64,000 nucleotides of DNA, taken from Antedon mediterranea (Eukaryota > Animalia > Echinodermata). The stretch lies in assembly GCF_964355755.1 (NCBI RefSeq), contig NC_092675.1, positions 25,578,912-25,642,911 of the forward strand. The letters are read 5' to 3'. Made by a program: the position numbers and the translations under genes. The notes beneath the pieces are model-generated. The model was not told the DNA's origin. It saw only the letters and a program-made list of their open reading frames with translations, and did no database searches. The stretch's first letter is position 1; every line of letters starts with the position of its first letter. Below, piece by piece: positions 1 through 14,200 of the stretch.

Positions 1-94
1 TTAAATTCAAACCTTTCGATTTAATAAGGACAGTTCAATTAATTTTATTTTTAGAAGCGTTTTAAATCAACGATGAGATTCAGAACTAAATTAG

Positions 95-625
95 CATGTT
101 AGTAGAAAAAGATTATAATTAATGTTAAGAAATAAATATGTTAAGAAATGAATATACTTTGATAACGAATACGTTAAGAAATCAATGCGTTAAGAAAAGA
201 ATGTGAAAAGAAATAATGAATACGTTAAGAAATACATATGCTTAAAAAATAAACAAAGAATTAACACGCTAAGAATATGATGATGTTAAGAAATGAACAT
301 GAATATGATAAAATATGATTATGACAAGAAATGAATATGTTAAGATATGAATGTGTCTAAAAATGAATACGAGTTAAGAAATAAATATGCTAAGAAAATA
401 ATATACAAAAAATAAATACGCTATAATATGATTGTTATGAAATGAATATTTAAAAATATGATTACGTTAAGAAATCAATTTGCTAAAATGATGCCCTATG
501 TTAAAAAAATGAATGTCTTAAGAAATAATACGTTCAGAAAAATAATGAATACGCCAAGATATGAACATGTTAATGAATATGTTAAGATAGCAAGATTATG
601 AAATGTCATTATGAAATGAATATAT
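95..625. repeat. Degenerate AT-rich minisatellite, unit about 16 bp (GTTAAGAAATGAATAT-like)
   Basis: GTTAAGAAAT/GAATAY variants recur throughout 120-620. Confidence 0.75.
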
Positions 626-2202
626 TATTTTAGTAATAAAAGAAAAAAATGTTAGTAGAACACAATTGTTGGCGATCGTTTTGCCATGTCATGAAATCAT
701 CGTCAATTTTTCACCAGTCAGCCGTCACATATGTCCCTTTTGTAAACCCACCATGCCCTTGAGCCCCGTGCCAAAATACTGCAGATTTTGCGAATGAGTC
801 AAGCGATTTTGAATTATCTTTACTACATAAAAACCAGTATTATTAAAACCACAAATCGAATCACGACTCACAGTTTAGCAGTGCAATACAGTACAATGTG
901 GACTCAGAATGGAAACTTTAATTCAGAGGGCTGAATGGTTAAATGGTACACTTTCCAGTGAAACGAACAAGGATCAAGACAGCCACATATAGCCAATATT
1001 AAGGATATTTTTATGGGTCCCCTCAATAGCAGTTCTACAAATATAAAATGATTTGGGTATAGATTTGTGTCAGCTGGTTTACAAAAGCTCAAATGCTGAG
1101 CCATCTTTCCAATATTATACATTGAAATCAGTTTTATATTTGCTTTCCTTGCAATGGGATGCCAGTCTTGAATATAAAAAAAACACAAATTAACCAAAGT
1201 AAATGTACAGTATAAAAATTTATTGAAATCATTATCGATTATACTTCTTATTAAGTAAAATTCTAAATTTCTTAAATAATTATTGTCAAATATGAGCTTA
1301 AAAAGAAATTGTTATGGAGTTTTTTTAAAATAAAAATGGTTTGTTTTTGAATTTCCAAAAAAAATAAAAAATAATTTACTACAGGAAATTTAAAATGAAA
1401 ATAGAACCACATTTTGTTCTCTCCTAATGACTGAATTGTATTGATTTATTTTTAGTTTATCTAAGAAGAATTGGAGGAATGATGTTTTGATGGAGTTTTA
1501 GCAATAAATTAAAAGTCTTTAGTGCTAATACTCAATTCTCCAATGTACAACTCAGATATTAAGTTATGTTTTAAAACCGAGAAAGGATATTATCATATAT
1601 ATTATATGGAATGTTCTACAAAATCATCATACATATATTGTACAGACCATGGAAGAATTTCCCTATGCAGACAATACTGTACTATCTTATTATAGCAGTA
1701 GATTTATCAGACTTTAGACGGTATCTGTTAGTTTTCAGAATGTTAACAAACAATAACATTTTAATATTCCATATTCTCAGTTAAATATTCATTTATTTTT
1801 TGACCAGTAATATTTATTATTTCTTTTAAAATAATTCTGGTTATCATCAACAAAGATTTTTTTTGTTATAAAACGATTAAAATGGATCACAAAATCAACA
1901 TAGCTTTCATAAAAATAATACAATATTCTTCAATATCCTTTCTGCAACGCAATTTCAATATCAGTGTATTTCTAAACACAATTTTAAAAGTTAAATTGGT
2001 TCAGTAACCAAATATATATGGAGGAGAGTTCAACGCAACAGTTTGTATTCTCTGTAAAGATTCTGTCATCATGGTCATTTCCTTCTCATACCTCACTTTT
2101 CTGTAGAGTAACCCTTTAAAAATACTGTAAGTGGCACAGGTTTACCACTTAGTAAAAACAGTATTTAAATTTGTAATGTTCTATGCTTTGTTCACAAATC
2201 TA

Positions 2203-5200
2203 TCATCTCCTTGGTCCACCACCTCCACCACCTCTGTTTGGGCCACCACCTCTTCCTCCACCACGACCACCTCTGCCACCACCGCGACCACCAAAAGCTC
2301 CTAAAAAGAAAAGTTAATTAAAAATGTTAGATGGTCATCCAATTAAGTGCAGCTTGTTACTTGTTTGGATATTGATTTATTTAAATGTATTTAAGGGTAC
2401 AATTTTTAAATCTTTGTAAGGTCCCAATCTTTGTTTATATCATTGTTGCTATATGAATATATTATTATAGTTTATGTTTAGATTCAACCTGTTAGTGGCA
2501 GTTGCATCGCTGTTGGTTGTGAACTGAATAAAATAAAAAAATAAATAAATGCTGTACAGCTATGTTTGGGCATGTACCTCCGTAAATTCAGTAATAACCC
2601 AGAATTTATGATATGATACAAATCTATTTTAAAATGATTTAATATTTTGGGAAGCAAAATTGAGAGTATACTATAGTGTATAGTCATTACCGTACTATCA
2701 ATGAAAACACATCTTAAGTCGAGATTTCTATAAGGGGAATTTTTTCCCCCCAAAGGGATGTGTGAGTGTTACCATGGCAATATAGATTGTTTTAGGCATA
2801 CCATGGGCATACCAAACATACGAATCCCTATGGCTTGGCTTGAGATACTAAGCAATGTTATACAAAACTCAAATCATATATAGGGCAATGACCTTATGAG
2901 GTCATCAGAAGTCAAAACTCCAAGGCAAGTTGCCTTTCATCTTAAAAAACAATATTTGAACAGGTAATGAAGAAAGAAATTCAATTATTATATAAATGTT
3001 TGTGGTAAACCACAAGAAAGGTATTGATGTTGTTAACACAGATTTCTGAAAAAAAAGTACAAATAAAAATTTCCATCATTTAGGAGTTTCTTGTCGCATA
3101 AAACTTGAACAGGAAATAAAAAACATAAGAACAATTCAGAACTACTAAGTTGATTGACTTGTAGGTAATAACATTAAAAATTATTTAACGGATAAAATGA
3201 ATACTGTTTAACTAAAGCAAATCTGTATAATTCATGAAAAATGCCAATGTATTTGTTAAAGCAGAGATACAGAGACTTTTATGCGGCTATTATGGGTTTG
3301 TTCAATCTCGTCTACTTTTTAGGTCTTCCCTTTTTTTCTACATGTCTCCTTTTACCTTAATCATTAACATTTTTTATTTTTTATTTTATGTCTTTAGGCA
3401 ATGTGGCCAAGGATTACCAATAGTGAATTAATCACTGTCCTATCAGATAGGTGGTAATCCCCCTGATACAGGGGCTATTGTGTGAACCAGTTCACCGGGG
3501 TAACCCCCTACTCTTTTTCGAATAATGAACTGGGTTCTTTAAAGTACACACAGGTTATAACTGTGTACACTGGACCTACGGTTTATAGTCCTTATCCGAG
3601 AAGACTTGTTCCACCACCAGAACTAGGAGCGAGTCGGCCTCGAACCCTTGCCGATGTTGTTGTTGGCTTTTTAGGTACGGTAAACGGCGCCCCTGCCTTA
3701 ACCGCTCGGCCATATGACTCGCTTAACATAAACCCTGTAGATGTATATAAATATAATAATATACATAATTAATCTAAATACCAGGTGGTGCTCAAATAAA
3801 CAACCACAAAACTACAATGTTGATATGCCTTTAGTACTTTGACTTTTTTTTTGTATTTCAATGTTTTTTAAGGGCCTCTTTGAGATATAGTAATTGTTTT
3901 GCTCTAGTTGCCCCTGAACATTGTGCTTTGTTTCTGTTCTGTTCTGTGTCTGTTTATTGGTCGAATAAATAAATGAAATGAAATGAAAATGAAAAGTTGT
4001 GTACAAGTTTAATTTTTTCATCATCACCAAGAAAGCCTAGTTACTACTTTATCAATGTGATTACTCAGCATGCTTGACTAATAGCATAGTCATATATATG
4101 AAAATGTTACAGTTATACAGCTCACGATGAGTGACTACGAACACAATCAAATCGCAGACAGGATAGAAGATAATTGTTGATTTCCCTCATACCGCCTTTT
4201 AAATCACTTTATGTGATGAGTTCTAATCTTCAGCAGATGTAGAAATTGTTTTTTTTTATGATACAGAATTACATCAAGTGAAAGTATTCAAGCAATATCT
4301 AATTCTTTAATTTTGGCTCAATGCAGCCTTAATTATCCTTTAATTCACTGGAACGAGACAGTGATTAAACTTTTAACATATCAGTAGTTTATCAACATTT
4401 TTGCACTACTGTGCACGCACATCACTATATTTGTAGATACGGTACTCCTATATGATGCTTTTAGAAAATCATTTTCTTAAAAATGTTGTGTACAAGGAGA
4501 CAATATTTGGGCAGGGTGAGTAGGAGAGATGACCAATCTAAATTTGATCTAATCTCTGTATACCTGTAACTGTACTACAGTAGTACAATTTAATTAATAT
4601 CATATTGACAGAATAAAAGACAGAAGTTTCTTTAAACATAAAACTGTCATTAGATGTGTTCACGACTAGTGATAGAAATACCTTTCTACCTGATCACAAC
4701 CAGAGTATATTTGATGTAAGTTTTGCCACAGGACAATTTAACTCCAACAGAAAAAGAGTGTGTAAACATAGATTTTTCTATCTTTCTATATTTAGTAGCG
4801 TAAACCATATAACGTCTTTTCTTTCAATACATCAGTACCATACGGTAAAGGTAAAGAGCCAAGCCAAGAAATAGCTTATAATAATTTTCTTTTACCCATA
4901 TATATGTCAACTACAGTAATTACGACAGAAATAGACTCTTAATGTAGTTTAGTATTCTACACTAATTGAAGGTAATTAAACATTAACCATAAATTGGTCA
5001 ATTTATTAGCGCTTTTCAATATTTCTTCTTCTGTCTGGTGTGTAGGAGACATGTTGTGTCTCCTTTCAACAATACATAACATAATTGACTAAGAATCAAG
5101 AACTCGCTGTTACATTAACACCGTGTACCCAATTTTCAAGAGCCATTGACTTGCAATTAGTATGATATTTCTATTGGAACAAGTGCTTTCATATAGTATA

Positions 5201-8200
5201 AAGTAATTCAAACTCCCTTGACAAATTTACTTCAATGGGGTATTATGGAAGTCAGTCTATGGGAAGTGGTCTTTGGAGAGTATCTAACTATCTTGCCCCT
5301 GGCTAGTACTTTATACAAGAATGACACAGATACACCCACTGGTACAGAGGTATTTTCACTAACTAATAACACCCACACTGGTAAGTTACTTAGGTAACAT
5401 ACAAATATTGATGCTTTATATTACTTGCAATGCATTTGTCGAGCTTATCCTTTGTATGTTTGTAGGCACGATAACTTCCACAATTTCTTTGCAATACTGT
5501 AGCTATGTACCAACAGACCATGCCCAGTAATTTTTCAGGAAAATAATTCATATTGGTGACGACATCACAAATGCTTATAGAATTCTAGAGTTATCTGTAT
5601 CAATATGGGCTAAAAATATTAAGCGATTGCTCTCTGAATTCTGCAAAGTATTTCGCTCAGTTTCTGAGAGCTTATTTAAGTTGTAGAGTACCATATACAT
5701 TGCATTTCTTTATTTGAATTCATATAAAAATTACTTGCTAGTATAGGGTGGATTCAGGGGCTAGGGAAATGTGCACTCCTCCACAGCTAAATTCATATCT
5801 ACTATTAACAGACTATTATTGATATTATATGTTAGCGCTCCCTTGTTTTCCTGGATCCTTTTCTGAATTGTGTACCACTGTACTGTACTTCATTATCAAC
5901 CATATTTTGACCAACAGACACAGTACAGGATCACTGCAGTGAATAACGAGTACCGTATTAGTACAACAATATTGTCTTGACAGCAAATTTAATGACATTT
6001 AAGTTCTGTCATGTTGTTGGTAAAAATGAGTGGAATACATAGTAGTTTACTCAATAGTATAAAACCTACATTAAGTAGCGTAGCAAAAATAGCCTTTGTA
6101 GTGATATCTTTCATCAATCACAATTCTAATTCTAAGAATCATTTGAAAGTAGGTAATGCCATTTAGCCTGAGTAGCATACTTAATAATATCTGTCAATTT
6201 TATTTCTGTGAAAAATCTGTTAAGATATGATCAAGAAGGTGAAGGAGAGTTTCTTTTTCTAATCCAGTCTGTAGTAAAGAATATTTATTTAAATTTTAAG
6301 TTCATTAAAATTGAAGACTGGAGAGGATAATTCTCACTTTTAATTGTTGGTTTTATAATTTGCAATACTGTACTAGTTTATAAATTACTAGTTCACGACA
6401 ATTATATTTCATTAAAACTAAAAGAAACCATTTCTTTGTCAAATAAATATTTAGTTTATAATAAGCATCTTGGTATTTTTTTCTATTCAAATTTCATAAT
6501 CAAATAATTTGTCCATATCATTGGGTTAATATCTACACTTTTATTCTTCATTTATTACCTTTAATTATAAATCTAAATTTTCTCAATCAAAGTGAGTAGT
6601 ATATTAAACTCTGTTAGAATGATGTGACTTTAATACATGCCAATGCCTCCATTTATAAGTATCTCTCACAAGATTAGGTACACTTTTGGCCTACCTCACG
6701 CTTAGAATATCATCAAATACTTCAAGAGGGCTTGCTTCACAGTTTGCTCCTTGGTGGGAGACATGCAGGAGGCATAGAATACTTTATTTCCTAGGGCTTG
6801 CCTCACAGATTGTACCATAGTAGGAGACATCTAGGAGGGGCAATACTAGCATAACTGCCATTCTTTTTGATTAGTATATTTTCATATAGGTTAAAGGCTA
6901 AATCTCTAAAGAAAGTACTTAACATTGCTTTATGGTGCTACAGCATTTTACAAAAGTTTTATGTTTTGTTACAAAAGAAAACATACTCGACCGTTCAAAT
7001 GTCAATGTCAAAATGTATCACTAAATACTCTGAAGAAAAGTTTAGGTTTCTTAATTAATATATTAATTTAATATATAATCTTCCATGTTCCTTCATTTTC
7101 ATGTGTATGGTGGTATATGAATTATCACATTTTACATTATTAACGTACAATTTGAATTTGATTTAAATTTATCAATTATAGACTAACTATTGAAGTGGTT
7201 TATAAATAGCTAAAGTCTATACATACAAAATGTATGATACTGTACATGTTGAAATGAGGAGCAACAACATCTATGGCTCCTGAACTGATATAGTTACAAT
7301 ACAAGGAATATTAAGAATTAATTACAGCAATCATTTACAAAAGGAATGCGGTAATTAATATGTTAGTATCTAGACTGTGTTCATGTATGGTATTTCTCTA
7401 TTTCTTCAAATTGCTCCATCTTCCAAGTTGCTTTCTGAACCCTGAATGACATCAAAGTGTCTGACCGCTGTACAGGATATATCATTAACTCGTTGCGGTG
7501 TCCTTTATTGTCAACAAGTAACTCGATATGTTTGATGTAAACCGTACAGCCAAGCTCAGTGCAACATAGGGTGTGTGTGAAGAAAGCGTGCCAAGGAGAT
7601 GACATATACCTTGGCAACACACTTATAAATGTCAATAATTAAAACCAACGTTAAGTGTGCGTCTACGAAACTTTAATTTCCGGGAACATACCTAGATAGA
7701 TACTGTATATCGGTCATTAATAATTCCTTAACTAGTTTTAATGACACTTTATTTGCAACAGCCAATAAAAAAAGCAGAAAATAGTGATTTTTTTTGTTTT
7801 ACATGCTACAGTACTACTGTACATACTGTATAGAGAATTTGTATGCTTCCACTACAACAATACAATTCAACAATATACATTTTAAAATAGTTTTGTATCT
7901 AGTACTGTACAGTAAATGGTATTCCAATATGCAAGGATTGACCAATAAATATTTGCAATAAAAACATGTTTATCAAAAAACCTAGAGTGTATCATTTTAG
8001 CATTTTTGTGGTTGTACAATACTGTAGCAGAAACTAATAAAGTTCAAGAATTTGGGTTGGAGATTATTTGATACAGATGCTGTTAAATGGTCAAGACAGG
8101 TGTTCAGTGATTATTATATCACCAGATAATACCTGCTGCTGCTGCTCAGGTGTTTGAATTCTTGCTGATCATTACTCAACATTTTTAGTCACATGGAAGC

Positions 8201-11200
8201 GACTCTATAGTTCACTATGTCTGTCGGTCGGTTGGTCGGTCGGTCTGTCTGTCGGTCTGTCTGTCTGTCTGTCGGTCCGGTATCACTATGCGTTTTATTG
8301 CTTTCTGACCTTATCTTGAAATCAGTTTAATCTAGGTAGGTCAATTTTTCACAGTATATTCTTTATGGCCAGGAATCGATGTGGTTATGTTTTCACGGTG
8401 CGCAATAAAAAATTACGCGGTCTACGCACGATTTAACGAAATCACGTTTGTAATCATATCTTCACAACCATGAATCACAATTAAATAAAATTTGGTACTC
8501 ATAAATTTCATGGCATAAATCATCATATGGCAATACAATTACGTGTGTAGCGCATGTAACGCATGCGTACGCGCGCTTAAAATTTTCAAAATTTATTTTC
8601 GATGAAATTAGAGTACGTTTCAGGCAATTTTAAGCGTTTACAAAATTGCCATGAGTGCGCATATTTTTGCGCGCGCACTGCGCGTTAAATGTTATTGCAC
8701 ACACTTTTTGCCCGATTTCTGTTTTCTTGACTTACTTTTCAACTCGAAATTACGTTATACAAGCACGTCAAAAGTGACAGGCTACGAACGTGTAAATTAA
8801 AAAAATATAACTGTTTTTAAACATTTCAACATTTTTAAGCATGTTCAGTAATTTCGGTCAGTTGGTAGGTTGGTCGGTCGGTCGGTAAACACTAAGCACG
8901 CGACTGCAGCCATCTATATGGCCTTGTTTTTAAATATAGTAAAATTGTGACCCACTACCTTGTGGGACAATGTTTTTTATAATGAATAGTACAGAAGTAC
9001 ATGATATTATATTAATATATGTCTACAAGGCAAATTGTGATTGTGGATTTGAATGTGAACATATTACAATTTATAAAAACTGTGACAATACACATTGTTG
9101 TTGTTGTTCTGTTCATAATTCACCTGAGAGTTGATCTGATGATTTTATTTTGCCTCTTATATCTTGTAATTATTATTATAATAATATTATAATATTACTG
9201 TATGTAAAGTAATTAATCCTAACATCAATTATTATTTGCTTTTTGTCTGTGAATGTAAAATTTCAATCGTTATGCAATAGTTAGATTTAATTCATTCATG
9301 TTTTCATTAATAAAATTTAACATCTATAGAACATTGAATATGAATAGAATTCATGAGGTATTTCTTTACTTGACAGTACTTTTCTCATGAATTCATATTT
9401 TAGTTCAATATAATCATAACTTCTGCTCCTTATTGCTTGTAAAATACTTCACAGAACACAAAAGCTTCAGGTCATTAACCTTAAAAATGTGTCTCCAAAA
9501 TGAAACTCGATCAGTATATGAGATGAAAGTCATTACTGAGCATTCATCTCACCTGGTCGATACTTGGACCATTACAACTCTTCTTTTATTACCAGAGTTC
9601 CAACAGACAAGAAATGAAATGAAATGAAAACTGGTAAAGAAAGTACTGAACTGAGGTTTATTTCATGTGCACCAATTTCAACTGGTGACAATAAGTCTCA
9701 ATGAAAACTGGTAGAAAGTGTACCATAGAGGTTTAGCCTATTTCATGTGTACCGACAGTGTAATGAAGTAGTGAGATTTTGATCCCTTGGGTGCCACCAA
9801 CTGACTGCTGCAAACGTCTGATCTTTGAGCTTGTACTCAACTTTTAAGAAGTGAGTGGGTTTGGATACAAACATCTACAAAGCCATTTACAATCACGGTC
9901 ACTGGTCTACTAAATGTAATTAAAATAATTATCAGGGGTATCTATAGCCATTTAAACATTTAATTGTTATTCTACTTTATAGCAGTGCATTGACATTTAT
10001 TTTTTTATAGTTGAATTTTTTACAGCCATATATCTTGATGCGGAAGAATTAATAATAGTTTATTCTTTAATCCCAACTTAAATAGCTGCTCTAAATGTAC
10101 TGAAATGAAATACCAGTAATGATTGATGTATTTGTAGAGTTGATAAAAACTAAGAAAGTTACTTTTGAAAATATCAACAAGAAATACTAAAATAAATTAC
10201 AAATAAATAAAAGTCAACTGATTGATTAATTAAAGTTGTAATGAAAATGAAATTTTAAAGGTATCGCTAGTAATGGTCAATGGTTTTAAATTTATATAGT
10301 ACAAAATACAAATAGTCTCTATGGGCTGTTTAACACAAGTGTGAAAATGAAAATGTTGATGTACAATAAACCACGAAATAGCCTAAGAAAACCGAATAAA
10401 TTGACCAAGACAACAGGAAAAAAGTCTGAAAACAAATTCTCACATCAGTAAAGTCACAAACAATAAAAAGCCACATCTTAAATTAGAAAAAAAGAAAACT
10501 AGGCCTTATCATTGAAATTGATGGTTTCTTAATAGATACATATTAAATCTATTAAAAGGATGATATATTGAAGGCAAACGCCTATAGGATAAAAGACTAC
10601 CGACACACATACTCACACATTATCAATCATTTAACAACTAGCAAAGATTTATCTTCATTATTCCTATTGTTGGAAGATACATTAATGCTGTATCACAGTC
10701 CTCAAGGTCAGATAATCATGATCAGTACATGCTTATTTAATTATTGTGTGATTAAATCGCAATTACTATTAAAGGTTAATGTAATCATGGAGGTATAAAA
10801 ATAATTAATTAATTCCTCCATGATGCTGTAATATAAATTCAAGGAATTTTTGTGTGATACATATGCCCATGCAGATGTACTGTAAGCAAAGAGCACTATC
10901 ACTCAAATTACTAGAATTTTAAAATAAAAAATGATATGGGTGTGGTTAGCCTGACTTGGTATGTGTTATATGATATGGTACAGCAATTTTGAGAGTATAT
11001 TCATTATTTTACTATTGTCAATAAACATACAAAAAGACACTGTAGTGTAAAAAGACATTAAAAAAAAAATGAACATAAAAACACTATTTTCATTGTTTTA
11101 TTTTTGCTGATTCAATAAACCATTAGTGTCATATTTTATAAGTGAAAACAAGTGTTTTTCTGGTTATTTACTGTTGGCAATTCCATACTTCCGCAACAGA

Positions 11201-14200
11201 GACAGGAAAGTTTCAACAACAAGTTAAAAGGTCACATTAAACTAAATTGATATAGTATAGTACTTTGGCAAAAATCTCTGGGTGAGAATGGGGTTAATTT
11301 TTCAGTCACCAAGCTCTAACAGGTGAAGATAAATTATGGTAAGACTGTATAGTGTGTCTATTCATTTTTAATAGTCAAATATTAATACAATTTCAAATGC
11401 AGGTTCCTTTACAGAGTTCCAGTGGGACCAATACAGCTTGTGGTTTGATTTTGCACTTTTTGTATATCTGGTTTTGATTATTTTAAAGTTGCTTGTTTTA
11501 AACCATATTTAATGCGATTATTATTATTTTAACTTAATAATTTAAAACTGCTTTAAATACTTTATGATCTTGTAAACATCATTTACTTAATGAGTGGTGT
11601 TAATTGTTATAATAAGCAAAACACCAGACCAAACAGTAGAATACTTCTATTTAATTACACATAATGCTAGTACCAGATTTACTAATAGATATAATTTTGC
11701 AATTCCGAAAGCTCGCACAGATGCTGGTAAATTTAGAATTTCTTTTAATGAAGCTCAACTTTGGAATAATTTACCCTTAGTTATAAAATGTTCCTCTTCT
11801 AGATTTAAATTCATAAATGAAGTTAAATGTTTACTTTTACAAAAATATTAATGTTAGCCCTTGTTTACGTTATTTCTTTTATATATTTGTTTCTTTCTTA
11901 TTGAATTATTGTTGTTAGATAAAAATTTATGCTTTATGACAAATTTATTTTTGTGACAGGAGTCAAACCTTGATTAGCGAAAGCTATTTTTTGGCTCCTT
12001 TTCACACACATACATATTTTATTGTATTGTACTATATTTATGTATGTATGATGATGTGAATAAAGTTGGTATGTATGTATGGTATGTATGTATAAGCATA
12101 TTTGGTATATGTTTTGCAATGTTTTAGAATACAGTCATCTGGGAGATATCATTTAATTACAGTATGTACAGATTGAAAAATAACATGTATTATTTAAAAT
12201 CTACATTTGATTTGACGATTGTGGATCACAAAATAAGTCCATTATTTTACGCTCGCGACATTATATTTAATGTGGCGGACAAAAAAGTGTTATTATTTTT
12301 ACAGACAATTTTTAAAATGCTCCTCATTTTAATTGTTTCAAACAAAATATAACAACGAATAATTTTAAAAACTGGTCAGTTGAATATGGAACGGAAATGA
12401 TTTTTTACATAAAAAAACTTCCCAAAAAAACACAGGCTGGTATATCTGTTAAGTGGTTTGCTTTCATCACATTTCAAAAACCAATACTGTACTTAATTTT
12501 GTACATAAACTACAGAGGGCTCACTTCCAATTAAACAAACAGTCACAACTGCTCACTAAGAAAGATTTAATTGAAACTAAAATATTTATATACTGTTTAG
12601 TTTTTTTACAGCAAACAAAGATGAGTTCATACATAAATGACATTTGCTTCGTACATCAGAAGACAGTAATAAATAATGATGTGTAGACTTACCCCTTCCA
12701 GGTCCACCTCTTCCTCTGCCTCTTCCACCACCTCCACGACCTCTACCCTTTGAAATTACTTCTTCTTTCACCATGTCAATAACTTCATCAGGAATTCGTA
12801 AGTACTTTATTGTACTTCCACGTATATAACATTCTGGCATCCGCCAAAAACGATCGCCATCCTACAAAGAAAAAGTTTTAAGCTGTAATCTCTCTGTGAA
12901 ATGGAAGAGATTTAACAAATGCAGAAATTGAAATAAAAAGGTATTTTGTGCACAAATTTTAAAGAGAATTAAAGTAATAGTGCTATTATATATGTTAATA
13001 CGACACGTACCCTTGATGTACAAATCACTTCCCTTAAATTGATGTTCATCCAATTATCACAGGCCACAAGATGTCCGTTATATGTCTCTCCATTTTTCAG
13101 TTCAACAAGCTAAATAACAAAATTGCAGGTTAGGCCTAGCTAGTAAACAGTAGTAGATTATTTGTTTGTTTATTATTTTTTGCTCCATACATACAAACAA
13201 AAATGGTTAAGAAAAAATTAAAAATTCGCACAATAAAATGATTTAAAGTTTGAAAGTATAGCATGCAATGTATACAAATCGGAAGTGGTCAACTATCTTT
13301 TTTTTTTATTAGTGAATGGGCAATTCGAATCAAAATACTAATTCAAATAATTGCACAGGAAATTTAAAGCAAAAGTATTTTCTGTATTTGAATATTTAAC
13401 CAAAGCAAGACTTAATAGTAAATATCCTATATATTTTATAAATAATGAAAATAATTAATATTATTTAAACTTAACAAAATTTGAAATTGCGCAAGAATAC
13501 TTGTCTCTGCCGTATGAAATTTCAAATTGTGCATAACAATTAAATACAGTACAGAACAGGGCTTCCTTTTTTATTTACGCCGTGGTTAGGATTCCGGCAC
13601 CGGAACCCAACTGCCCAGCGTTAGGGAATCCGACACGCTATTGCGCATGCCCAATTCTTTGACTATACAGCGATGGATCATTTCATAGCTGCGCCACACG
13701 GCGAACTAGCCTAGATGCCTACTAATGCGGGATCCACTAATCTAGGCTAGGGCTACCAGTTAGACGTGACCAGTGGGCCTATTTATTTTGTAATTAAAAA
13801 GTGGTTGCTTCATTCATATATAAACTTCATATCATTATGAATTATATAATTACATGACTAGTTTTATGATTTTTCATAACGCATTTAATATACTGTACAT
13901 AACATGCAATCACAAGTTGATTTGTTGACGGCAGCCACCGCGTGGATGTGAAAAAACTGTTCGGGAATTCGGGGTCGCAACGTAAAAAACAGCATTACGA
14001 TTCTTAGATAGATACTGATTCTTATTAATATCATTATAATTATTTTAACGCGTGGCGTAGTCGTATTTTAATTATTAATTCATGTATGGCATAGGCCAAG
14101 TTTCATCCATCTCTCGCTCGCGCAACGACTCGACTATCTAGGCTACAGTAAATCCCTATAACACTCCAACTCTCGGTGGTGTGGTGTGTGGCACTATTAG

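Noticed and set aside
904-1197. 97-aa minus-strand ORF
   Set aside because: No ATG start, no recognisable domain and no supporting splice structure.
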